A stretch of 64,000 nt of DNA. It comes from Veleropilina oligotropha (Eukaryota). The DNA is taken from assembly GCA_048128005.1 (NCBI GenBank), contig JBEUKZ010000096.1, positions 682,001 to 746,000 of the forward strand, written 5' to 3'. The notes beneath the pieces are model-generated. The model was not told the origin of the DNA, ran no database searches, and worked only from the letters and a program-made list of their open reading frames with translations. Below are positions 12,265 through 25,512 of the stretch, in pieces (position 1 is the first letter of the stretch; every line of letters begins with the position of its first letter). Made by a program: the position numbers and the translations under genes.

Positions 12265-14492
12265 TTTTTTGTCGCCTTGCAAAAGGTGACATATATGAGG
12301 GATCACTATGGCGGCGGCGTCCGGATAATGGTTTCCGTGCGATAACTTTTGAAGGAATGCTTTGATTTTCATGAAACTTTCTACACTTACTTGTGGCATC
12401 AATTCACCACCTTATTTCGATTTTCAACCAGTTCCGATGTTCATGATGGCCGCCAGTGGCCATTTTGGATTTTTGTCACCCGAAGTGGTTTCCGTGCAAT
12501 AGAGCGCACCCAGACCTGTCAACTCTACCGGAATCACCGGTAGACTACCGGATTGCGATACCGTTTACCGGACAAAATCCGCAAAAACGTTAAATCTACC
12601 GGAGTCTCATACTTTCGCCTTTTGCAAAAAAAGTTGCATTATGGTTAGTTACAATCTCGCATCGGAAAATTATTATGCTACCGTTTATCAACGAGGATGG
12701 ATCGGTAGTCTTCGGCCGCTTTACGAAACGCGATGAAGCACGATTGTGCGCGAAGCTTAGTTTGGTGTCCATTGAATAGAATTTTGGCCTAATTAATTTC
12801 TAACAAACTAAGCATTGTGTTAAAATGAAAGGCTTTACCGACAAATTGCATTGTTTGCGAGTATTACTAAGCTTGCCGCAGAGTATTAAATTAACCCGCA
12901 TGGGTGAATAGGTGTTGTTACAGTTATAAAGCCTACACCAATGTAATTATTTTGCGTTTGTCAACGGCCGATAACTTTACGCCTATTAGGCCTACTAGTA
13001 AACTTTACCGAGGTGGGCTTCGTTACACATATCCAACTGTTGAACCGCAACATTTACTACATAATTTGTGTTTAGGATTAAATCTTAGCACTTACCACGG
13101 AAATAATGGACAATTTAAAATAATTTAGCACAGTGAAATAATTCGGCCTGATTTTTATAACGATTTAGTTTCAACTTCACTACTCAACCTGTAATTAGGC
13201 CTACAATAATATTTAAGATGCATGCATATACGACAAATTTACAATAGGCATTTAGTGATTATTGGATAAATGAGCAAAACGTAATAGGTGTCAAATATGT
13301 GCAACTCGATCATTTGTAGAATTTAGAAGTACTGGATACCATATTTATGATAATTAAATCTGATATTTATTTGTGAACATGTCTGCTGCAATTATTTATA
13401 ATTAAAAGTCTTATAAATGTGAAATTAATTATGTAGGCCTACAGTGTAAATATAATATTAATATTATTTTAATATAACAACATTTTTAAATATAATAAAC
13501 AATATATATTTTGTCATATTTTATTATACGCATAAATAATAATACACAATATACATACATTAAATGTACACACAAACAATACCAAATTTTATACCGCGAC
13601 TCGTATCGTTGTCGCGACAAAATATGAGTGTCACGACAAAATCTACCTGACACCCAAAATCAAATGTTGACAGGTCTGCGCACCGAGCATGTTTTCATTA
13701 CATGGAAGAAATGCGCTATAGAAGTGTCCATCATCATCATCATCAATAGCATTTAAAAGAATGCTTTCATTTTCATGAAACTTTCTACACTTACTTGTGG
13801 CAGCAATTCACTGCCTTATTTCGATTTTCAACCAGTTCCGATGTTCAAGATGGCCGCCAGTGGTCCTCTTGGATTTTTGTCGCCCGAAGTGGTTTCCGTG
13901 TGATAGCATTTGAAGGAATGCTTTGATTTTCAAGAAACTTTCTACACTTACTTGTGGCATCAATTCACCGCATAAATTAGATTTTAAACCAGTTCCGATG
14001 TTCAAGATGGCCGCCAGTTGCCATCTTGGATTTTGTCACCCAAAGTTGTTTCCGTGCGATAAATTTTGATGGAATGCTTTGATTTTCATGAAACTTTCTA
14101 CAATTACTTGTGGCATCAATTCACTGCCTAAGTTTGATTTTCAGCCAGTTCCGATGTTCAAGATGGTCGCCAGGGGCCATCTTGGATTTTTGTCACCCAA
14201 AGTGGTTTCCGTACGATAGCATTTGATGGAATGCTTTGATTTTCATGAAACTTTCTACACTTACTTGTGGCATCAATTCACCACCTATTTTAGATTTTCA
14301 ACCAGTTCCGATGTTCAAGATGGCCGCCAGTTGCCTGTGATCTTGGATTTTGTCACCCGAAGTGGTTTCCGTGCGATAACTTTTGTAGGAATGTTATGAT
14401 TTTCATGAAACTTTCTACAATTTCTTGTGGCATCAATTGTCAAGAATAACGGTCCTGTAGGCGACACATCTACTTCCGTGGAATTATAATTA
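12265..14492 (+). mobile_element. HINE-type element with about six ~157-bp tandem units, interrupted by nested insertions
   Basis: 5' tgtcgcct..aggtgaca, (ggc)n, unit starts gtggtttccgtg near 12328, 12485, 13889, 14046, 14202 and 14362, 3' aggcgaca + ttccgtggaa hairpin. Confidence 0.75.
12511..13678. mobile_element. TIR element (hAT-like) with 6-bp TSD
   Basis: Perfect 13-bp TIR cagacctgtcaac / gttgacaggtctg. CGCACC duplicated at 12505-12510 and 13679-13684. Confidence 0.85.
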
Positions 14493-14519
14493 ATAATTTA
14501 GTGGTAATTTCTATTTCAG

Positions 14520-14661
14520 TAATGTAGCAGCTAATCAAACCTTCACCACGACTTTCAAGTTGACCCCGAGGAAGTTTGGAGTCCGAGAGTTGTGCGCCAA
14601 CTTCAACAGTAAACAGGTAGAGGGCGTCACCGGTCACTGTTCACTCAAAGTCAGGCCATGA
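14520..14661 (+). CDS. Transglutaminase terminal coding exon
   Basis: ttcag| acceptor. Translates NVAANQTFTTTFKLTPRKFGVRELCANFNSKQVEGVTGHCSLKVRP, ending at TGA 14659-14661. Confidence 0.93.
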
Positions 14662-15482
14662 GAACCCTGGCCTTCACAAGGTCATGGATGTCAAAATACA
14701 ATCAGTTGCAATGTCTGTTGTTTATAATATGTACACTCTACATAGAGATTTAAGTGATATTATTTTAATAATGAAACTGCTTGTTAGATACTGTCATTAA
14801 TTACTGTTAACCTAAGCTTGTGTTATTTCAATAATCATAATGTGGAACTGAAGGTGATAATTTTAGGTTGAGAAAATGAGACAAGAAACCAATTTTGATA
14901 TTAAATATATGACCTTTTCAATAGATAAATCATGTCTTTTCAATTTACTGGTCATTTTTAAAAGCATTAAGTTTTAGCATGCAGTTGTGCTGACCAGAAA
15001 CTTTCGTCACTTCATATGATTTGCTTATTTGTCAAGTTGCTACTTATTTACTTGAAAAAATATATCTATTGAACAGATCTGATTTACTATTGTAATTATG
15101 GTAGTGCATAAGCTATTATTAAAATTGACAATTGTGTAATCAATTATATTGCAGTGTCCATTGCCCATATATTTGATAGATGTCCCATGTACACATTTTT
15201 CATTATATATTTTTATTTGTTTACGTTTTTAAACCATTCGGGATAGTGTCATCTTTGTATTGCAGTAAGCTTTAATTATCTTATGTATTGTTATTTCGAC
15301 ATGCATAATATATATTAAAAGTTATTGTCTATTTGTAAGCACGCTGGTATTTTTGGAAGAGGAAAGAATGTATCCAGTTGAAAGTGTCCACCATGTTGCG
15401 TATGTCTTGCTGCCCACCAGTTGTCTAGTGGGAAATGATAATTTTAGACTTGTAAATTAAAGATGATTTGATCGTTAATATG

Positions 15483-15488
15483 AATAAA
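15483..15488 (+). promoter_or_regulatory. Candidate polyadenylation signal of the transglutaminase gene
   Basis: AATAAA about 820 nt after the stop codon in an AT-rich, UTR-like region. Not unique; ATTAAA variants are nearby. Confidence 0.35.
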
Positions 15489-15730
15489 TATATGCAATGT
15501 TTTCTACTATATTACAGGTAATATAAAAAACAGTTTAATATATTATACTCTTGTTTTAAAATAATATAATAATAATTGTACTGTTATATCATTGCATTGT
15601 TTTATGACAATTTATTAAAGTCGGTGACTTTTCTCTATGTTCATTGTTGTCTATCAAGATGGTTATGAAAACTAAATCATGGCTACCGTGGCATATGTGA
15701 TGTCTCTCAGCATACAGTGTGCTACTAAAC

Positions 15731-15945
15731 GGGGCCGTAACTTAGAGGTTAAGATGCTGGACCACGATGCTTGGTATCTCGGTTCGATTCCCGGGAGTGC
15801 CGAGAATTTGTCACAGGTATACGTCATCTGCATTGCACACAGAATCCGTCGGTCGGATGAGACGTTCAGCCAGTGACCCCGACTACAGAGACGACTGAAA
15901 TAATGTTAAAATGTGGTCGTAAAAAGAAACTGGCTCAAATCAAAC
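15731..15945 (+). mobile_element. SINE family B copy
   Basis: ggggccgtaacttagaggttaag ... ggttcgattccc head and ccgtcggtcggatgagacgtt core. Confidence 0.7.
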
Positions 15946-17340
15946 TAGACACCTGCGCAAAAGTTCATCACCATTCCCAATTATTCCAAACATGCGCATT
16001 CCATATCCTATTATGAAATAATAAATACTAGAGTGATTAGCGACACATATTTTCCAACATCTCATATACATAGATACAAATGAGCAAATGACCTGGTTGT
16101 TAGATTTGGGGATAAATAATGACTCTGGACATTAATGGCAGTTGCATAACATAACTATTTATTGACACACCCATATTCGTGCGCGCATTACAAAATATCG
16201 AAATCACTTGGTGTCATTGTTCAATACACAAGACTGGTGATCGTTTATACCAATTTATAAATGTCAGTCAACATCTCAACACAGTTCTCGATACATCAAT
16301 GGTCAGCATCAGGCATATTCACCCGAAACCTCAAATACCAAACTCTGCCATTTTTGTGAAGTACCCGAGTCAATTTCTGTCTAGGAGGATCCCATTCTTT
16401 CATCCTGCACTTAAAGCATATCGGGTGTGTACAATAGGATTAAGATCCAAGCATCTACCAGGCCAAAATGGAGACCGCAGAAGAAATAAACTGTAGATAG
16501 ATGGAATATTTTAAGGAACTTCTGAATGTTATGGATGGATGAATTGATGCTTTATGTCCTGTATAATTATTTACAACCATCAGGTTCAAGGCAGAACATG
16601 TCCATATTGTCGTGGGATAAAAGGATGGTCGCCTGGGAAACCTGCCCTCTCCTGGAGAATGATAACTGAACAAAGAATGTTCATGCCCCAGGTGAGTTTT
16701 GAACCCAGTCCTGGTAGTTAGCAATCGAGCCAATGATTCAAAATGTAGAAAATGAAAGACGAGAAAGTGAGGAAGCATATTGTGGTAAAGGACACTGACA
16801 ATACAGAGAGGAAAGGTTGAAAAATAAAATTTGGGAAAGCAAAAGAGAGATCTGAAATAACAGCTAATATTCTAAGAGCATTGTGACAAGAAGGTATATA
16901 ATAACTGTGGCCATTGCTGGCCAACATATGGGAAGAGGAGTGGAGTACAATGGGGTCGATCTTCAACAGAAAGGAGATATATTTGAATGTGGAAATTACA
17001 GAGGTATAAAGCTGATGGAACACGGGCTGAAAATACTAGACCGGGTTGTTGAGAGCTAGGTTGTTGATTGATGAAATGCACTTTGAGTTTATGAAGTTAA
17101 AGAAACGAGTGATGCTATATTTATCACCAGACGGCTGCATGAGAAGGCATTAAAGGGTAACATGAGGATGTACTGTGTATTTATCAACCTGAGAAGGCAT
17201 ATGACATAGCAACAAGAGAAGTTGAAGATTGGAGCATAAGAACGAAAGGTGTGTCGGAGAAAATTATCACATTAGCAAAATAAATATACAGAGAGCCGAA
17301 AACATTCGTAAGAATTGAGAGTGGATAGACAGCGGAGTTC

Positions 17341-17415
17341 GGAGTAGGGGTAGGAGTAGGAGTAGGAGCAGGGGTAGGAGGAGGGGTAGGGGTAGGAGCA
17401 GGGGTAGGAGTAGGG
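17341..17415 (+). repeat. Hexanucleotide microsatellite (GGRGTA)n
   Basis: ggagta / ggggta / ggagca run. Confidence 0.9.
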
Positions 17416-17778
17416 CTACCCCAGTGATCGGCACAGTTCATTCCTGTTTGTACAGAAATTGGATGCTCCTACTGAAGGGATTAGGGATGGATGGAGATGG
17501 CAGTTGTATCACTACGTAAAGGATGCCAGAGCAGCAGGAAAAGGCCATATAGTGACAGGAGAGTTTACAGAAGGGAGGTTTGAAAGTAAATGCACAGAAT
17601 TCGGAGATAATCTATGGAAGTAAAGGGAGAGGAGCGGTGAGAACTGAGAAAGGTTGCAGTGGAGAAAATGGAGTTTATTCCGAGTGTATCAGCAGCGTGG
17701 AGTCTATCAGCACGATGCTAATAAAAGCAAAGATGCGAGGATTTGGGAATATGGTTAGAAGAGGAGTAATCCGGTAAA

Positions 17779-18271
17779 CTTCTTCTTTCGTTTGCTGCCG
17801 CTTCCTTCTCTCGTCACACCTGCAGCTCGGTAGAGGACAGCCATGTTCTCTTCTCATCGTCAAGCGTGACAATCCCGGGTTCGCCGTTGGGTGGCCGGTG
17901 CTGTGGACAGGACTCGATGATGTGGTCGACCGTCTGCTCTGGATGGCCACACTCGCATACGGCGGACTCCCTCAGTCCCCAGCCTTTCATGGTGGCGGAG
18001 AAGCGGCCGACACCGGTTCGAAGGCGATTGAGCGTTGTCCACTGCCTGCGCGGTAGGTCCTCGCCTAGCATCTCGCCTGGGTTCTCCACGAATTTATACA
18101 GTCTGGAGCGGTCTGCTGACCGCCACTCTTCCGTCCAACGACGTTTGATCCATAGTTTTTTACAGACATCGCCCGGTGTTGAGCGCAGGAGCTGGTGGGC
18201 TTGCTCCGCGAAGGGACGTCGTGAATTCAAGCGTGCGCGTTGTGGGGTCTCTGTGGCAGTATTGTGTAGAA
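17779..18271 (-). mobile_element. 5'-truncated RTE-X-like LINE 3' end, relatively young
   Basis: Open frame ...WTTLNRLRTGVGRF...CECGHPEQTVDHIIESCP... (CCHC-type C-terminus), (GAA)n tail, GGTAAA TSD at 17773-17778 and 18272-18277. Confidence 0.85.
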
Positions 18272-18445
18272 GGTAAAGAGAGCATGGAACGCGGGAATAA
18301 GATCCAGAGAAAGTCAAATAGTCAGTTGGAGAGATGGTCTCAAGTGGGAATTGAAAAGGATACGAGCGAGTAAAGAACTGGCGTTTGATAGGAATGCCTG
18401 GAGATGGAAATTAACCGAAAGCGCCAAATCCTAACCTTAGGGATG

Positions 18446-19161
18446 CAGGGGCGGATCCAGGATTTTGAAAAGAGGGGTCCAACATTGATCAAATATACTA
18501 TCAAGTGTCGAACGAAAATTTTGACAATCAACAGCCTGAAACCTCCTCTCCTGCACTCTGACAGAGCAAAAGCGATATTTCTTACCAACATTTATGAAAC
18601 ATTTTCACTAAAATGTATGAGTAATTTTTTCCGTTTTTTCACAATCCAACACATGAATTTCTGCTTTCAAACGTGAATCCAGACCGTCTGTATCCCCAGA
18701 AAAGTCAAGAAACGGTATGAAACTCGATCCCCTCCTGCATTTTGACGCTAAATGTTTTTACTCAAATGTATAAAGACATTTTTGATTTTTTCACAATCAA
18801 ACATTTTTTTACTTTTTTAACAACTAACGATGTGTAGCCCCTTACCAGTCCAACGCGATATTTCTTACAAACATTTATGAACCGTTTTCATTAAAATGTA
18901 TGAGTAAATATTTTTTTTTTTTTCGCAATGCATTATCATTTTTAAAAGGAGAGACCGGACCCTCTGATTCTCCGAAAATTTTGACAATTAACGGTTTGAA
19001 ACCCCCTCACATGCATTCTGACAGTACAAACACGATATTTCTTACCAGCATCTATGAACCGTTTTCACTAAAATGTGTAAGGATTTCTTCCGTTTTTGTC
19101 TCATTCAAACATGCATTTTTGATTTTCAAAAGGGGGGTCCAGACCCCCTGGATACGCCTAT
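18446..19161. mobile_element. Older relative of the CAGG-GGATCCAGG MITE family
   Basis: caggggcggatccagg ... cctggatacgccta termini; internal repeats resemble 23975-24412. Confidence 0.65.
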
Positions 19162-19949
19162 TCAATTGCATGCGAAAGTCTAGCAGGATATTGTAAAGTT
19201 GCAATTATTGTCTTTCGTTGCGGATACATCTAGTGGACTATGACGAGCGTAGTCATTCATGAATATTTGGTAGCTCACAAATGTGTGATTGTTGAATGTG
19301 TGGAATGACAAATATGTTGAGGATGCTATCCTGGTATCTATGTCCAATGGGACTTCCGATTCATCATGTCCAGCTTAATTGCCTTCGTCTCCTTATGTAT
19401 ATATGTCTATTCGCATAACTGAAAAATATTGCTCCTATTTCTTTGAAATTTTTACATAAGATAGGTGTATCTTTGGGTCAGTGTTCCTCGAAGATAGCCC
19501 GAATTGTTATCATGATTCGGATTTTATGATGCAATATCAGGTATAAGGATTTTCGGCTGTATCGTTAAAACAGTTCGTCGTACAAACTTCAAATTAGGCT
19601 CAAAATGTTCCTTAGATCACGGGACAATGGCATGATGGCATTATTTTAGGATCTACATCATCCAAGATGACCGCCAGTGGATTTCAAATTATGAAAATAG
19701 GGGGTCAATTGTATTAAGCAAATCGTGCGATGTTATACAAATATTAGTTTTGATGAAATTATATTGACATCAGCAAAATTATTTGGAAAATAATGTGAAA
19801 TGTGAACTTGATAAGCATTTTAAAAATCAACCAAACCAAAATATAACTAAAGACCATACTCGGTAGTCACTGACAGTAGGCAGCAAAATTTAACACTTGA
19901 CAGGGACAATGACATGATGAATTCTATAGGATCTACATCACAACGTGTT

Positions 19950-21385
19950 GCGATCAATGTCAAAAGATGATAAATTATTGTTGCTGGGCGACTTCAATGC
20001 CAGAGTAGGTCATGACTCTCAGGCCTGGCCTGATGTTATTAAACTGCCATGGATGCACCCCGCTCCGAACGATGGCAACAAATCGATCATGTGATCACAA
20101 GTCGCTGTGACATTCGGGACGTGCACATTACAAGCGTCATGATATGAGCCGACTGCTGGACAGATCATCTACAGCACAGATGCAATCTAGCCTTTTGCAT
20201 TGACAGCAAATACAGGTTTCAGCAGAGTAACACCAAGAAAAAGCTGAATTTGAGAATATTATCTGATCTTGAAAGAAAAGGATCATTAACATATGCACTG
20301 AAGATGCAATTGTATAAATTACCACCTGTATCTGACTCAGAACAAGACTGGGCACAATTAAAAAACACAGTGCACGACTCAGCCAAGAAAACCCTTGGTC
20401 AGCTCAAAAGAAAACATCAATATTGGTTTGATGAAAACAACGAAGGGATTGTCTGTCTTCTCGGGGAAAAACATGAATCAACTGGCTTAGTGATACGCAG
20501 TCAACCACGAAATATGACTGGTGGAGAAATGTCCGAAGCAAAGTCCGGACAGAGCTTCGCAAAATAAAAGACAAGTGGTGGGAGGCAAAGGTCGCTCAAC
20601 TTCAGCAGTACGCAGACGGACATAACACCGAAAAGTGTTTTGATGAACTGAAAACTGTATACGGACCTTCCAGCACAATGACACCTGTACACACTGCTGC
20701 ATGATGACACTCTCATTACAGAGAAGAAGAAGATAGCGCAGAGACGGACAGAAAACTTTAGCCAATCGCTGAATAGACCGTGTCAGAATGATCAGCAGAC
20801 TATTCAAGACATGCAACAGCGCCCAGTCAAGAGTCACTCTACGACCCACCTACTCTGGCAGAGGTCAGGAAAGCCATTGTACAATAACATGCTGATAAAG
20901 CTCCAGGATATGATGGTATCCCACCCGAGATATTTAAGGAGGGAGGAGAGACCCTGATGAATCGGCTAACGGAGCTGTTGCAGTTATTTTGGATGAATTA
21001 CTGTCTCCCTTATGACTTCAAGGATGTCAACATTATTCATCTCTACAAGAACAAGAGAAACAAGTCTTCATGCGACAACCATAGAGGTTTATCCTTCCTG
21101 AGCATTGCAGGGAAGATTTTGACCCGAGTTGCATTAAATCGTATCACCGAATCGTATCGTATCACCAAAACCGGAATTTCTACCTTCATTTTGTCGACCT
21201 GGCGAAGGCTTTTGATTCGGCAATTCTAGGAAATCTTGGCTCTCCACCAAAGTTTATTAGCAATATCAGGTCTTTTCATGATGGCATGATGACAAGAGTG
21301 ATCGAAAATGGTTGTGTGTCTGGTCCATTTCCTGTCACCAATGGCGTTAAACAGGGTTGCGTTCTGGCCCCTACTCAGCATCGTG
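19950..21385 (+). pseudogene. Decayed RTE (BovB-like) LINE, endonuclease to RT
   Basis: DKLLLLGDFNARVG, KRKHQYWFDENN, CDNHRGLSFLSIAGKIL and NGVKQGCVLAPT in broken frames. Confidence 0.85.
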
Positions 21386-21459
21386 TTTTCACCACGTAAT
21401 TTTGTAGTCTATCTGATCACCGAATTTGTACCAACCTTGAAGTATATGTCGTCGCTATA

Positions 21460-21842
21460 CGGCTACATGAGCTAGGTGACCATATGTCACGGCTACACGA
21501 GGTTCATGTGTCACGGATATATACGAGCTAGATCCATGTGTCACGGTTGTACGAGGTTCATGTTTCACGGCTACACGCGGTTCATGTGTCACGAATACAC
21601 GCGGTTCATGTGTCACGGCTACACGCGGTTCATGTGTCACGGCTGTTCAAGGTTCATTTGTCACGGCTACACGCGGTTCATGTGTCACGACTGTACGAGG
21701 TTCATGTGTCACGGCTACACACGGTTCATGTGTTACGGCTACAAGATGTCCATGAGTTAACGGCTACAAAAAATCCATGCGTCACGGCTATACGAGCTAG
21801 GTCCATGTGTCACGGCTGCACGAGGATCATGTGTCACGGCTA
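21460..21842. repeat. 24-bp minisatellite
   Basis: Unit tgtcacggctacacgcggttcatg, about 15 imperfect head-to-tail copies. Confidence 0.95.
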
Positions 21843-22877
21843 AATGGCCCAGTGAGTATGACGCTTGTCCAGGGTTCCAGAGAACCGCGTTCGATTCCCG
21901 TTTGTGTTGTGCATGTGCCGTCTGATCGAATAGAAACGTTTAACAGGTGGCTCAGACTATAATACGACTCACAAATATAGTCGCAAAACTAAATGCTCTC
22001 AAACAATATATGAAGTCGCAAGCCTCTTGGTTTATACTTCAAAGTTTACCTTGTGTCACCCCCTAATACTGAGATGTGTATATGCCATCTTGTACATGTG
22101 ACTTTTGATTTACGCTATATAACATGCTCTATTCTGTATAACTTGTGCCATGAGACTTTCCTTGCCCACCAATCGGGAATCAGGTGAAGTGAGTTCGCCG
22201 CCCGTTCTACCACTACAATTACATGGGCCTGAGATGTATTATGCATTATTACCGTGTGTCTTGGCAAGAAACATATTACTACAATAGTTCATATGGCAAG
22301 TCGTATACGACTTGGTTTACTGTGTGACGCTGCCTTAACCAATTTATGTCGTCAAATCAAACACGGTGTGTCACAGCTGCACATGCGACGCGCATCGGTT
22401 ACCGCGTTGCTGGGGCACACTTTATTTAGATTTGTTCATTAAATACTTGATATATGACTGAAAGATGCAGTAAAGCATCTCAAATGCAGCATTGAACGTT
22501 TTATACGAAGAACACTATGACCATAGTGTCACTCGTGCGTGATAAAACATTCCTCACATGATGAGAAAACATGCGTCTTATTGCTGCTCGTTCTGATGGT
22601 GTACACGTACGCTTTCTTGACCTGCAGTTTAATATTTGATGGATTTGGTCATTATCAAAGATCACCATTGGAAACACCGAAACAAAATGGCATTTTACGT
22701 CCATTGGAATTAATAATCCAGCGATTTCTATGATGTTTGTTACAATGTTCATTAATTAAGCATCCTAAAGTAACACTTAGTCTAGCCTATACTACAGGAT
22801 CATAGCAGTCTTGGAAGGTAGGTCTACAATAATCTTTGCGTTCCCTTATTGGCATTTGGGTGTGATTAACATTGAAT

Positions 22878-23113
22878 TGGATCGATGCTTAATATCCTGT
22901 ATATTTACAATCTTCAGGTTCAACCCAGGACATGTCCATTTTATCGCGAAGGAAATCCCGGAGGAAAGCGGCCAGTTACGGACAACTGCGATTGATAATA
23001 TAACAAAGAATGCCATTGCTCAACCGAGAATCGAACCCACTCCTGTTAGTTGGCGCAATCGAGCCAGTGATTGCAGAGACGGCATTGGAGACCACACGAC
23101 TACCGGAGCGGTC
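22878..23113 (-). mobile_element. SINE family A copy
   Basis: Reverse complement of the head (gggttcgattc), cagttgtccgt core and ggacatgtcc tail. Confidence 0.75.
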
Positions 23114-23302
23114 GGTATGATTAACGAGGTGTGCATTTAGATATAAATCTGTTTGAGGGACGATGTCCCGAATGTTTAAGACCAATTCGTCATAACACAT
23201 ACTTCCCTTTCATGCAGTAGACAGCCAACGAAACGTATACAGGATTTTGGCCCTACAGAGCATCTAGTAGCGTGGCTCGTTCGCCTGCGCTTGTTAACAG
23301 AA

Positions 23303-23508
23303 GTAGGATGGTGATGAATTGATGTTTAACGACAACGCAAACAGTATTTTACTCATAAATCGCGTCAATTAAATTTGAATGATGAGATGAATTGGTGCTG
23401 TGCGCAATGGAGGCAGCGATCAACGGAAAGAATCCCTGCACTCCCGGTAATTGAACCCTGGACCTTTCGTTAGTATATCAGCACCGTACCCGCTTGACCA
23501 CCCTACTC
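23303..23508 (-). mobile_element. tRNA-derived SINE, family C
   Basis: Minus-strand head gtggtcaagcgg...gggttcaattacc and body gctgcctccattgcgcacagcaccaattc. Related pieces at 41630-41790 and 41978-42090. Confidence 0.6.
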
Positions 23509-23974
23509 ACCCCCCCCCCCCCCCCCAACAGGACTAGGAGTGTCCGACTATATACACTTAGGTCAATCAGTAGTCCCAATAGTCCGAAACTGGCTGATGT
23601 GGATTGGTTTTCCTGGGCTTCCACGTTAATATTATGAGTAGCACTATTGCGCTATCTGATCTCAAACAAATTCTAATTAATTATAAAATGGGAAATTATG
23701 AATCGATATAACCCAAACCCAATACAGCTTGTAGTAACATATTGGCACTCCATTAATCAACAAGACAAGCTAACGTACATGTAAGTTACATAAAAATACA
23801 CTTTCTGTCTGCATCCGGTCAAGCAGCAAATAGTTTCGAAGTACTACTTATGTTGAAACAGGTCAAATTTCGACTTTCAAACGTTTGTTTTAGTTTAGAA
23901 TGTGCATAATTCAAATTTAATATGGCCTATCTTGTATTTTAAAGTGGCTTCTTACAATCAAGTCAGTATCACAG

Positions 23975-24412
23975 CAGGCGCGGATCCAGGAATGTCGTTT
24001 AGGGGGGGGGGCGCTGAATTTACTATCAATTGTTCGCGTGGAGGCGGGGCCCCTCGCGAAAGAAAATTTTGAGCATCAACAGCCTGAACCCCCTCTCCTG
24101 CACTCTGACAGGGCAAAAGTGATATTTCATTCTAACTTTTTATGAACCACCGTCACTCAAATAGCACGAGTCAAATTTTTATTTTATTTGATCATAATCG
24201 AATTGTCCGCGTAGGGTCGGCGCCCGACGCGCAATTTCTTTTTGACAATTAACGATGTGAAATTCCCCCCTACCACATTATTACATTGCAACAGCCTATT
24301 TATAATGTTCTGAAAGTCATTTGTATCAGATTATACATATTATTTTAGTATGCTTGGCCAACTTTAGGGGGGGGGCGGGTGCCGGGTGCGCGCCCCCCTG
24401 GATCCGCGCCTG
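23975..24412. mobile_element. MITE with 16-bp TIR and 5-bp TSD
   Basis: caggcgcggatccagg / cctggatccgcgcctg; CACAG on both flanks. Confidence 0.9.
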
Positions 24413-25512
24413 CACAGTAATATAATATATTTCGTTTGTGATAGGCCTAGACTGATATTTTGTTGGGATTGATTATTCGTGCGGAACTCGTTACCCGATA
24501 TTTTATCGCAGCGACGGTGAAGTTGATCCTGTTGACCTTTTCGGACATTGTCGATAGTTACACCGTAAATATGAGAATAAGATCTATTATAGGTTTTCTC
24601 AATCGCCGAGACACAGATCTTTGCTATCATGGTGTCAAATTGACCAGTGTGCCGAAACGAAAAATATAGAACTTTAAATTTTACATTTTTGGTCTTTTTC
24701 ATCCAGGCCCATGGGGGATCCTTCATGCTGGCTTCACTGGGTGCATGGGTGAGTTGAAATGTAGTGAACGTTAGTTAATTCTTATCATTATATTCTTAAT
24801 GTAAAGAGCATTGAGGCATTCATAATGTATAATGCGCTATTAAGAAATAAATTATTATTATTATTATTATATGTCACAAATACACCGGTCGCCGTGCGAT
24901 GGGAAAAAATCGTACGTACGGCGTCTCAGCTTCTCCGACATCGGGGAAGAATCGAAAGTTTCTGGCAAAATTCTGTGCCATGGTCACAGTAGATACGGTG
25001 CCCGTACGAGTTACACAATTTTCCGGGCGGTCAAATCGTGCGGACATCGTAAGGTGACATTACGATTTCCGTAAGGTCACCTTGCGATCCCCATAAGGTC
25101 ACCATACGACGTCCGCGTTTTGTACCGACATCGTAAGTATTCCGTGCGGATGCCCTACGGGCTTCTTACGATCTCTTACCGAGTAAGATAACCGCAAGGC
25201 ATACTTACGATATGCCTGCGATGATTGAACAAGCTTTTCAAGATGGCGGCGAGCTACCTGCCACGCAAATTTGCAGCTCCATAAAACGCAATGAGATCGC
25301 TGTAATAACGTCTGTAAATGGATATATGTATACCACTACTTAACAGCTGAGGATGTATACTCAATTATAAATCTAATTTGCCCTTGGGAGCCTATCAAAG
25401 ATAAATACACTAAACGGATTACGAGGAAATTATTGCTTGTGATAGATACCGCGGATCGCAACGTTGGTGAGTCAATTACCTTAATAATATATTGGTATTT
25501 GTTGTTAACACC

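Larger units (their letters stand above)
16800..18440 (+). pseudogene. Decayed RTE-clade LINE (reverse transcriptase to 3' end)
   Basis: Broken frames with QKGDIFECGNYRGIKLMEHGLKIL, GVGLPQ and GFGNMVRRG. Many stops. Interrupted at 17779-18271. Confidence 0.7.

Noticed and set aside
13760..14440. Regularly spaced repeats resembling a CRISPR array
   Set aside because: Entire ~157-bp units are repeated, so this is a tandem array inside a HINE.
15731..15805. tRNA gene (also heads at 1478, 33187 and 58579)
   Set aside because: Box A and B are present but there is no convincing cloverleaf, and each head continues into a shared SINE body.
17184..17441. Pro/Thr-rich protein ORF
   Set aside because: It is the antisense reading of a hexamer microsatellite.
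21460..21842. Possible CRISPR array
   Set aside because: Units are head-to-tail with no unique spacers, there are no cas genes, and the context is eukaryotic.
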